Source: Macrostomum lignano
Lineage: Eukaryota
Reading direction: 5' to 3'
DNA length: 64,000 nucleotides
Assembly (NCBI GenBank): GCA_002269645.1
Contig: NIVC01002604.1
Location: 62,001-126,000, forward strand
A program made the translations under genes and the position numbers. The notes beneath the pieces were generated by a model. It ran no database searches. It was not told where the DNA came from and was given only the letters and a program-made list of their open reading frames with translations. Below, in pieces: positions 25,301-36,259 of the stretch (position 1 is its first letter; each line of letters begins with the position of its first letter).

Positions 25301-28300
25301 TAACATCATGTCATATGTCAATTTTATGTTACGGTATTAATTTTAATATATCTAATGAGAAATTGTGGATCATCATTTTGAGCGTTTTTTGAGTAGCATT
25401 TAAGTTACCGCCGTTATTTACATTGAAAATTCTAAATAATCTTGACTCCCAATTCATTGGTCCCTGGATCCAAACCAAGGATTTCCGATCATTTCCAGGG
25501 CACTAAGATTCAGGCATTGAAAAATCGTTCTATTGTACAAAAATTTAAGAATGTATCAAGACTACATGGACGTCGTAATCCTAGCAAATTATCCAAACTT
25601 TTTTTTAGAAAAGATGCGATTGTCAAGTTTCCAAGTGTCAAGAAGAGAGGAATCAAGGTGAGTAGCTTCACTAATTAATGATTCGTGCTTAAGTTTAATC
25701 GGTATCATAAGCGACAAAGAAATTCAGGCGTATTACTAAGGAAATTCTCGTGTACTACTGTAGTACAAAATCTTTGTCACATCTCTATCGTCACAAATCT
25801 AGTACTTTGCTCTTTACCTTCTGCAAAGTCAACAAGGAAAAATCTTTAAAAATCGTTGATAAGAGTACAAAAAGATTTGCGTTAAGTCTAATTTGAACAG
25901 AGTAAGAGTTACAAATCCAATCCGTTCCACCCAATAGTGCAACAAGCACTCCGCTGTCTGTCTGTCTGCCTGCCTGACGGCCCTAATGTAGAACTTCTCC
26001 AGCTTCTGTCCAACCAAGAGCCAGACAAATTTGGAGAAGTAAAAAAGAGAGGAAACCTCAAGACTCGAGACGGCGCTGTCTGGTGGCTGGGGAATGCCAA
26101 TAAAATGGCATTTGCATTTCATTTTGACCGGACTGGATAGCTGAGCCAAAGAGATCTCTACATAGATACTTGGAGCAATAACAAAAAAATTGTTTTCTAT
26201 ATTGTTGAAATTATTCGTTGGCGGATTCTTAAGCTTTGTCCAAGGACGTCTTGGAGGACGTTCAAGATTAAGACGTCCTTGGTTTTTTCTTATTCATCGG
26301 ATTGTTCTTTTAGAAAAAATATTTGATTCATGCATAAGCTGGTATTACAACTTTATAGGAATGTCTTTTTGAAGCATTTGTTAAAACTTTTGTATAGAGT
26401 TTCAAGTCGACAGTGTTCAAGATGTAAGACAAAACGATTTTTTAGAAAGCAGTTTTTAATCCAGACTGTAGATTTCAATCTCCTTAGCCTGACAGACCGG
26501 TCTGGGCAACTTGACCGCCTTTTCCTCTCCTAGTCAATCAACACTGCCTTGTTGTATGTTGTCGCAGCAAAATGAAAGGAGCAAGACTGGAGCGAACGAA
26601 GCAAATAGAGGGATGAGGCAGTTGGGCCCGCCTCTTCCCAGAGGGATTGGAAAATTGCATTTCATCTCTTGCTCAATCAGGAATATAAAATCGAAGTCTG
26701 CAATTGTCTGTCTAAATGGTGTTCTCATCGTAGTCTGGAGATAACTTTCAGTTGATGATAAATGCTAGAACAGCGCAGAACAGCCAATCAGCGACTGGGA
26801 CGATTTCTCTTACATCAAATCCGATCATGACAAGCCTCGCATATTGATGATGGGCGCAGACTATATATACGTGTGTATACATATGCATGTATATGCAAAG
26901 AAAAAGCTAAAGCAATCTATAGACGCCTGTGTAAATTATCCAGCAGTGTGGGCGGCCTCGCGTGCGAGACGCGGGCCTTAACCCCCCCCCCCCACCCGAC
27001 CGATTCAAGTTGGGCCAGCATGGATAAGAGGGCAAGAAGGGGGATTTGCATCAACCCACCGAGTGGAGAAAAGAGTGCGCCACTTGTGCTTGCCAGCTAG
27101 CTCAGGAGCTGCTGGGCACGGAGAGAGACCGGGGAGTGCGGGAGAGGCAAAGATCGAGAGAAAGAGAGTTCATAGAGGCAAAGATGGGATCCTTGGGTAA
27201 GACGAGGGCGAAGCCTCACTGAGGCATCCGTGGGCCCAGTGTGTGGGATTAGGGACCGGGATTATTCTAGCGCAAAACACCAAGAATGCGAGCACAAACT
27301 TCGCCAAAAAAACACACTCGCGCAGACACACGCCAATCGGGCATCCGCCAATCCTCTTAGCGCCACCAATCTCACTTCAGCCACCCTGCTCCACTACTGT
27401 GGACTCAAAAAATCAGCCTTTCCAGCCTTCACAAGCTCCCCTTCAACATCATTCAAGAATAAAGAAAAATGAATGCACGCCCTCGTCTTAAGGCGGCAAG
27501 GGGAAGAGAGAGAAGACGCAGAGGAAGAGGAAGAGGAAAGAAAAATGGTCCACCCAGTGTCGATTGGATTGATGACGCTCTGGATGCTGGAATTGGGAAT
27601 TGAGAATATGTGGACAGCAACCGAGAGTGGAGGCTGGCAGAGGCAACGGCGGCGACGGAAGGGCAGAGAAGAGAATGACGGAGGGTGGGGAAGGAGGGAC
27701 AGTGAGTGGAGCATTGGCACTATTGGATTTGCCCAAGCGACCCATTCTCAAGCCGCCCCTACCCCGCCATCCAAGGCCTGCTTGAGCAGCCTCTTACCAA
27801 TGGGTTCTCCCCTCACTTGCGCGCTCCAAGGGACCAGAGACAGGGAGGGGGGTCGAGAAATGGGGGATAAGGAAGCAGGGAGAGTGTGGGGAAACCAGAG
27901 CGAGGGATAGGGGGTGGGGTGAGAACAGGGGCAGGAGATGGAGATGCGGATAAAATAGACCAGGATCTCCGTCTTGCTTTGCTTTTCCTGGCTAGCTGAG
28001 ATCTTCCCCCAAAAAAATTATCGAAATTTCTTCGGACTAAGATTAGCAGCAACAGCAATATGGGCCAACAGATGAGCGGCGAAGCCTATTGCCGGGCCAC
28101 CATAGAGAAGCTATTAGCCGAACTGAACACCACGGATAGTCGGGTCAGCGAGAGCAAAGTAATAAACTCAGACAGCGGCAACACGGCGGCGGTGTCGGTA
28201 GAATTCACCTGGCGCGAATGGGCCAGAGTTAGCAAATATCTGGAACGCGTGCTGCCAAGCGCGGAGCAGAAGCGCTTATTAAACTATGTGCTATTAGATC

Positions 28301-29521
28301 GGACGGGACTGCGGCACTGTCGGGAAGAGGCAGCCGCGGCGCCAGCGGAATACAACTATTCTGAGACCGAGACCCAGAGCCCAGTTGAGAACGGGCACGC
28401 GGGCAACAGCGCCAAGCCCGGCTGGACGGTGCACGTCAACTATGGCGACGTTGGCAGCAAGAATCCCATTCTATATCGGGACTTTGTTAAACTGCACTTC
28501 CAACTAGACGACGTAAAATTGCAGACGGACGCAGGCGAAGCCGAGGCCGAGGCCGCGGCGAATCGGCTGGCCGATTCTGTCAAGCGACGTTGCGGCGGCA
28601 TCGGCATCAACCTGCTGGTGACCAAGGCAAAGCACCACGCCAGCGAGTGTTGCGTCGTAGTCAGTGGCACAGTCGACGTTCGATCCGTGCTGCGCAACGC
28701 GCAAGAATTCGAGCTGCGTAGCTGGCTAAATCAGGCCAAAGCCGAGGATCAGGAGCTGTCCGATCAGCTGATGCGATCGGCGGCCGGGCTGCGCGATAAA
28801 ATCGACGGAGCTGCGTCGGCCGCAGCGGCGGCAGCGGCAGCATCGGTTTCGACACCGCCGGCAGCGGCTGAAACTGACAACCCGACGCCGCCGGCGCCAC
28901 GGTCGTCCAGAGCTGCAACTGCCGCAACAGCGGCTGCAGCGGCGGCGACGGCGGCTAAACAGGTGGACAGCAACAACCGGTACTTCCCGATGCGGCTGAG
29001 CTACTCCGAGGACACTAACCGGGTGACGCTGGTGTACGCGCAGGAGGCGGCCACGCTAGTGCAGGCCCGGGCTGGGCGTTGAATTGACGCACAAAAAACA
29101 GATTCTATCCAAGTTATGCGGATTTTTATCAATAATAATTTTTCAATGCTTATCACTATACATACAGGTATTATTATTTGTGTGACGTGAAAGACAATTA
29201 CTCTGCCTATCTGTCGTGAACTACTATCCGTTTTACTGTTATCTTTGTTTTAAACGCTAATCTTCGCATTCTAATAGAACTGGAGCAGCTCCTTTAAAAA
29301 GCAATTAAAATGAAGAAACATCCGGATATCAGCTCAGTGAAATGACTTTCTGAACTACGAGCGTATGCTATTATACCGCTGACATTGTTTGACACTGCTA
29401 AAGTACTCAAATAAGAGCCACCACTTGGTTTGCATATATTTGTCCTAGTCTTTTAGTGTCTTGTGTCTGTCTGCCTGCCTGTCTGTCTGTCTGTCTGCCT
29501 TCCTGCCTGCCTGTCTGTCTT

Positions 29522-29564
<43 letters not shown>

Positions 29565-29602
29565 GCCTGCCTGCCTGTCTGTCTGCCTGCCTGTCTGTCT
29601 GT

Positions 29603-29647
<45 letters not shown>

Positions 29648-31054
29648 TGTCTGTCTGTCTGTCTGTCTGCCTGCCTGCCTGCCTGCCTGCCTGTCTATGG
29701 GTCTGTCTGTCTGTCTGTCGGTCTGTCTGCCTGCCTGCCTGTCTGTCTTGTGTCTGTCTGCCTGCCTGCCTGCCTGCGATATGCATCAGATATCAGATCT
29801 ATCAAGATGCATAGCTTCCTACTGGCCTAATTGATTCCACGATAACTAAGACAGTCCAAGTTTAGAACATGTCTTCTGAGTATCGTGTGACACAAAGCCG
29901 GACATGATTAATGGACTACGACAGGAAGTGACTACTGTATAGCCAGCCATTTCTGCTCCCTTCAACACAGGAAGTATGGCCACTCAGTTATCTATACAAA
30001 TAATAGTGATGCATTACTAAGACAAATTAGAGGAGAAAGTATGTTTAAAATAAGTGGAAGATTACACACTAGCTACTAATTTGATCAGTAGTAAAAATGC
30101 GAAAAAACCCGGAAATTAAGACATTTAAAAATGTATAAAAATAAAAATGAGTTCCCTGCCTGCGGCGCCAAAATGAGTGCCCTGTCTGCGGCGCCAAAGT
30201 TAGTGACTGCTTGCGGCGCCAAAATGAGTGTTTGAACCGTTTCTCAAAACAGAATCCAGGAATTTATTCATGCAGAATTCTTGGCTCTGTCAACTGAGCA
30301 CAACTAGAGCTTCACAACCCAGGCAAAGTGTCCCAACGCCTATCCAAAAATGGCAAAACACCCCGCAGGTAGATTAGTCTCCTAAAAGCTTACCAGTGAG
30401 CACCTGTCTGGCCTCAACCTCGGCCAAGTCGAGCGGCGTCCGACCTTCGGCATTCCTAGCGGACGGATCCGCTTTCCGCTGCAGCAGCAGCAGGCAGGCC
30501 TCCAGTTTACCCTTGGCGGCGGCCTCGTGCAACGGCGTGTAGCCCCAGTTGTCCTTCAGATTAGGATCGGCGCCGGAGTCCAACAGCAGATTGACAACGT
30601 CGCAGTGGCCAAATGAGCAGGCATTGTGCAGCGGCACCAGGCCGCCTTCGTCGCGCGCGTTAACCGGAGCGCCGCTCTGCAGCAGGGCGGCGGCAACGTC
30701 GCGTCGACCGAAGCCGGAGGCGAAGTGCAGCGGAGTGCTGCCCTGGCCAGCTGGGTCGCGAGCCAGGGCGCTGTGACCCATCGCTAACAGCCGCTTGACC
30801 CGAGCCAGGTCGCCAGCTCGACAGGCTTCGAACAGGTCCGGCGAGGCGGCCGACTCCAGACTGCTGGCGCCGGTGGCGGCGGAGGATGGCGCGTGCTGCT
30901 GTTGTTGCTGCGGCTGCAGCAGCGGCGGTGGCGAAGGTGGCAGCGTTGGGGGCAGCGGCGACGGCGGAGTCAGCGTGATCAACTGCTCCGATGGCGGCGG
31001 AGTAGCGCCGCTTGGAGTGGCGCTGCCCGACACTGTGCGCGCGCCAGTTGGCAT
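19333..31054 (-). CDS. TNKS: Tankyrase (ankyrin repeat clusters, SAM domain, PARP catalytic domain), 5 exons, 1331 aa
   Basis: Exons 31054-30394, 25128-24611, 24035-22578, 21431-20574, 19833-19333, all GT-AG and in frame (3996 nt). [11 protein letters not shown] and [13 protein letters not shown] repeats; SAM ([19 protein letters not shown]...[10 protein letters not shown]); PARP H-Y-E triad (LFHGSPF, GIYFA, AEYVIY) with the [12 protein letters not shown] zinc motif. Confidence 0.97.
19905..20500. repeat. ~22-bp minisatellite (ttaggagacattctaagaatggt), TNKS intron 4
   Basis: Tandem degenerate units. Confidence 0.9.
21500..22460. repeat. ~31-bp purine-rich minisatellite, ~30 copies, TNKS intron 3
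   Basis: Unit gataagagaggataaggaggccagaaaggga with 30-32 bp variants. It accounts for the Leu/Ser/Pro repeat ORFs. Confidence 0.95.
24120..24432. repeat. 21/25-bp minisatellite (ttggcgcctcaataccaaatc grading into ttggcgcctaaatcactcactaatc), TNKS intron 2
   Basis: Seen directly; the unit sequence drifts along the array. Confidence 0.9.
28060..29082 (+). CDS. Orphan 340-aa intronless protein nested antisense in TNKS intron 1; N-terminal MGxxxS myristoylation motif
   Basis: ATG-to-TGA ORF of 340 codons, GC-rich with the same codon style and poly-Ala tract as neighbouring genes. About 230 aa are complex, globular-looking sequence. Starts MGQQMS. Confidence 0.75.
   Translation: MGQQMSGEAYCRATIEKLLAELNTTDSRVSESKVINSDSGNTAAVSVEFTWREWARVSKYLERVLPSAEQKRLLNYVLLDRTGLRHCREEAAAAPAEYNYSETETQSPVENGHAGNSAKPGWTVHVNYGDVGSKNPILYRDFVKLHFQLDDVKLQTDAGEAEAEAAANRLADSVKRRCGGIGINLLVTKAKHHASECCVVVSGTVDVRSVLRNAQEFELRSWLNQAKAEDQELSDQLMRSAAGLRDKIDGAASAAAAAAAASVSTPPAAAETDNPTPPAPRSSRAATAATAAAAAATAAKQVDSNNRYFPMRLSYSEDTNRVTLVYAQEAATLVQARAGR
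29456..29778. repeat. Compound (CTGT)n/(CTGC)n microsatellite
   Basis: Seen directly. Confidence 0.97.
30148..30290. mobile_element. Truncated internal fragment of the hAT-type MITE family
   Basis: Same cctgcggcgccaaaatgagtg subrepeats and aggaattta.tcatg...aattcttgg segment as 429-774. No TIR or TSD found. Confidence 0.65.
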
Positions 31055-32265
31055 GGCGCTGCACAGCGGAGCAGCGGAATGTTCCAATGATTGATGGCTG
31101 AGTTGCTCATGGGATTATATATATGACTCATGTCCCAAGCAGACTGTCTAAATTAATGTGAGAGCACAGGTATCCAGACCAATATGGGAATCAGCTGGTG
31201 TTGCTCATGCTATAGGCACTGTACAGGCATGCACTTTAAAGACACCATCAATAGCTATTACGTTGGTAATAATGGCAATATATAAGTAATATATGCTATA
31301 TTGATTTTACAAGTACTATATAATGAGCATCTACTGTCAGGCTTTCATTGTGAATGTTCAATTATAACTTATTTACAGCTATAATGAATTCAAATAAGTT
31401 ATACTAATTACTTTATAGAAATTCTGAAAGGTAGCAAAATACTCTTTTTTGTCCCCGAAACCTCTGGGAAGTACTTTGAATGGAACTAGTCAAAGCAACT
31501 TACTTATCTTTTTAATGTCATTTAAACAATATGAAAGCAGCATTTTTTAAACATTTATGATTTGAATTGCAAATATCAATGTCCACTATACACTACTTTT
31601 ATGTAAATGCTAAAATAAATAGAGATCTTATAGTGTATATTAAAAGGTAAAATAAAGTTCAAATTTATACCAAAAAGAAAGATTCTTACCTAAATAACAA
31701 TAAAACACTTAATAAATAATAATAAAATATAATACTTCATTAGTAATATAGCATAATGAATTCTTAACAATGATTAATGCAGTCAATATTTATATGCATT
31801 TATAGATATTTATTTTCTCCTAAGTTGTTATACTGTCTTATTATATCAGAACATTACCTATTTTTTAATTGAAAAATGCTTTTGTTATTTGAATGGAGTC
31901 AATGTGTTCTTTGCATCAATTTTCAATGAGGATTTTATATCAATTGTTAGGCCTAATTTTGCAAATTATGTTTAAAGTTTAGCATTTTCATAAAACAAAC
32001 CAAATAGTTAAACTAAGGAAACAATGGATTTAAAATGAAAATGTAATAGGGTCTAAGCATTAGAAATATTAGTATTATACTATACTTATAGTTAGATAAT
32101 AAACTTTTTTCTATTTAAAAAAAATTACTCTTTTAAAAGTTATACTATCATATTACACTTCTACTGCCTACCTCTATTTTTGGCTATTTATTATAACTGA
32201 CTATTCAATTTGTTTAATAGATACTTATAATCTTTGTACTAATTAGCATAGTGGTTATATCTAAA

Positions 32266-33569
32266 ATATATGGCGAAATCCAAAAATCAGGGGCAAGTTT
32301 TATGAAAATTCATTTTTTGGCAATTTGAAAGCAATAAAGCTATAAAATAAATTTATTTAAGTTTTTAAAAGGTAAAAAGTCTATAAAAGCACAAATTATT
32401 TATGTATAGCTTTATTTTTAATAAAATGATTTGTTAAAATGGTAAGTTTAATTATGACCTAAAATGACTCTAATGAAAATGATAGAAAAACTATAATAAT
32501 GTATTTTATAAACTTTAACTATCTTATAATGTTATTACACTATATAATTCTACAACATATTTAACATTATTTTTAAGGGTTTATTTGTTTATCACTTTTG
32601 TTACTCTTGACAACCTGTATTTTGTAGAGTTTGTTTGCAATAAATTGTATTCAATGTGTAAGTTTATTATTTAAACATACAAATTCCCATAAGGATCAGA
32701 AAATTGCTTTTTTTCCTGCATACACGCTGCAGTGATACATGTTTTAGTGTAATTTCATAGTCTTTGTCGCTTAATGAGCATGCAGTAAGCATCTAATTTG
32801 GAAGCCGGGTAACACATTGGAATTCCCATAAGAATTGGAAAATTGCAATTTTACTCAGCTTCTACTAAAGCAATTTGGAAAATTCTTTTTTTCCTGCATA
32901 CGAGTACATGCCACGATGATACATGTTTTAGTGTAATTTCATTGTTCTTCGTTGCTTAATAAGCATATAGGAAGCATTTGATTTGGATTTTGAATTTTTT
33001 ACCCAAAATTTTAAGTCTAAATATAGGCGTATTACAAACACTAATACTATGCAATTTGATATTTAAATGAAAGAAAACAAATATTATTTTGCAACAAGGA
33101 ATTAGCGATATATATACTTTTAGAGAAAGATGTTTGCTGGCAAACTTTGCACTTTAAATTAGTATGAATTTTCGCGAGTTTATGTGGTTTTAGAAAAACT
33201 TTGAAATCCTCAGAAATACTTCATCTTTTTGAATAGAATAAAAAGTAAAACATAGATTACTTTCTATTTTGTAAGTAGTAAAAAATAGCCTTCTCTAAGG
33301 CCTACAAGTCTTAAAATTAATTGTTTAATAATGAAAAAAAGTGGAACAAAGAATTGCGAATTGGTCAACTTAGACTTAAAAAATGTTTTTTTTGTGGTTT
33401 TTTTATTTATTCAACGATATAAAGCATGAAGACAATAGTTTTTATCTAGAACTGTTTTTTAAAGACCTATCTATCTTTCAAAAACCTTTTTTAGATACAT
33501 TACTTTCCATTGAATGTCCACAGATTTGTTTTACAATTTCATCCCATGTTTTTGGATTTCGCCATATAT
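32266..33569. mobile_element. AT-rich putative non-autonomous DNA transposon with 21-bp TIRs
   Basis: atatatggcgaaatccaaaaa (32266-32286) is the exact reverse complement of 33549-33569. TA-rich ends, an internal ~120-bp direct duplication (32690-32990) and no transposase ORF. Confidence 0.55.
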
Positions 33570-36259
33570 ATTGATATTATCTACCCAAAATTATAATAAT
33601 AAATTAACTAGTCATTATTAGTCATTAAAATTAAATTAAGGATAAAATAAAAAATATAGAAGTGCTAGTTTAATAGTGCTAGTTTTTGCTAGCACTAAGA
33701 AGCAAAATTGCATACAGTTTATTTTCAAGATGCAATTTGGAAAGTCAAGATCCTTATTGCATAAAAAACCTGAAAAAACTAACATAGGTTTTTTGCTAGT
33801 ATTAGGATTCAAACTTATATCCAAGGTCTAATTGAAAAATGCAATTTTGAAAGTCAAGATGCTATACTCCTAGAGATAGACTAGTATTTCTATTGCACAA
33901 AAAAAATATTTTATTCAAGCAAAACCTAAAGTTATACCAGTCTCATTTTGGGTTTATACTATATTATTGGCATAGTTATAAATATATACTTTGTACACAA
34001 AGTTTGGTTGCCTTAGCCTTATTCTGCCATTTATATTGCATATAGTCACATTATATTTACCAAATATATCTAGACTGCAAGCGTCATTTATCAGTTTGGT
34101 TGCCAATTATTTATTTCTAAAGAATGTGGTGCTCTAGTGCATGTGATGGGTAGGTCATACTATTCATAAATAATAGTTCGTAAGTCGATACGTGGAGCAG
34201 GCGTCGCCGCGGGGGACGCGGGGGCCGCGTCACTAGTTAAAATAAGTCATGACTCTTGACTCAGGTAAGATTAATTTGGGTTCAGATAAGATGAATTACG
34301 AATATAAAATAATGGAATGTACAAATAGATACCTGCAATATTTTTCGCGTATGTCAATAGTATTCTTTTACACTTTTCGCTTTTTGCACAAGTAAGCATA
34401 ATTGTTCTGCGCAATATTTTTCTCAATATTCTACGAAGCATTTCTGTTTTTAAAAAGATCCATGAGGAAATATTGTAACAGGCTATAACAAAAACGTATA
34501 ATCTACTTAACCGGCAGTTGCTTCGTTTCGGAATAAATTATTATTAATGTAATCCTTTAATGAATAAAAGAGATGAATTGTCAATTAATTCTCCAGGTAT
34601 TACGGTCTATGTACAAGTATGATGATGCATGTTCTTATCGGGGGCGCCACAAGATGGCGCAAAACTTTTAAAGGACACGATAAAGTGTTCACGATGTTCC
34701 CTGGCAAAGAAAACTCTGGCTAAAATACTAGAACGTGTATTTTTCTAATTATTGTTGAATGCTCTTCAGTATCTCGGATTCACGTGGTCTATTGTATTGA
34801 CATTGTGAGCATACAGTACTTTACGTACATGTACCATGTACTCATACGCATGTATATGTAGATGTATACGTATACGCTTATTGTAGAACATAATGAGGCA
34901 TAAACAATATTTAAAAAAAATGCATTTTATTCTGCCATTTACGATTTATAACTGGGAGTTGTGTATTCATCCACAGCAATAGTATTCGCAGTAAAATGTT
35001 TATACGTTAGATTTGATTTATATTTTATAAAGCAACATCAAATTAGAACACGCAGATGTTGTATTATTTTACAAAGCTATATTGTGCACTCACGGTGCCG
35101 CCGCATAAGAATGCAAGAACTAACTTCGTTTATAAAAACACGTAAATGTTTATAAACAGAGCAAGCAGATGTCACACAAAAATATGGATGAAATTGGTTA
35201 GAAAAAAAGAACAATGAAGTATTAAAGAAATACCTGCTTTGAGTTCTAAGCCTTAAGACTGGTCTAGTCTTAAGCAAAGAAAACTTTACATAGCCGAGAT
35301 AGTCGTAGGAGTTTCTACCGATCCAAACTGAATAAGGAAATTTTCTGAAACTGTCACCTGGATTTCTGAATTCTTTGTTTGTGCTAGGTAAATTGTATTA
35401 TAGTTAATTAATTAGCGAAAAGTGAATACGTAGTGATTTATTCAATTTTAACTGCAGGGAAACACATGTCACAAATTTCGTACTTTTAGAAGCTTATACT
35501 TTTAAAATCCTAAAAGCATGTATTGTATTGTTTTCAATAGGACATTAGTTTTGATGGATAGGGGTAATTATAGTACGCAATGTTATGCAATTGAAACGCA
35601 AACTTTGTGCCACTGAGATCAATTACTCATATGCATATCGAACTATGTACTTATAGTGAAGTATAATGTCCTTAGCGAAACAATTACACAGAATTTCCTG
35701 CAAACTAACTAAATCCGTGCATTAATTTGTGCAGTGCGGGACAAGCTAGATAATTGGACAAATCAAATACAGAGTAGGCAACAAAACAGATTGTTATTAC
35801 AAGTAATAACAGTGCAGAAGGTTAGCAAATACACTTCAAATAAACAGTCATTTTTATTATACTTACATAACTAGAGCGGGGAGTATTGTGAGCAGTTAGA
35901 TTTTTGAAACAACAGGTAGGATAATAAGATATGCTGCTGCAATGCGTCACTCGCCTATACAGGATTGGGGCTATATTGTACAGGGGCCAAACCAGTGATC
36001 TGGATTCTAGCGGGCTCACTCTTAGAAATCTATTACACCATATTAATATAAAAACAACGAAAGAAAAACGCTGAAAACGCAAAGATGCCAAACAAATATG
36101 AGAAGTTACAACATGAAAACGTTGATAAACAGTTGATAATAAGAGACACAGATTAATCAGCCATGCTTTAATTTTCAATGAAAATCAACTATCAGACAGA
36201 TAAAATTGCACCTATTATGATTGGTAATAAAATCAAGTCTACTAGATACCCAGATCTCA

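Noticed and set aside
27100-28058. Overlapping 60-145 aa ORFs and G-run clusters upstream of the nested gene
   Set aside because: Low-complexity purine-rich sequence, most simply UTR or promoter; G4 potential is unremarkable.
28792-28809. RDKIDG as a tankyrase-binding motif in the nested protein
   Set aside because: It fits only the loose RxxxDG pattern; Ile at position 4 departs from the small residue (P/G/A/C) preference, and a chance match is likely.
29445-29834. Cys/Leu/Val-rich and RQTD-repeat ORFs
   Set aside because: Translations of the CTGT/CTGC microsatellite.
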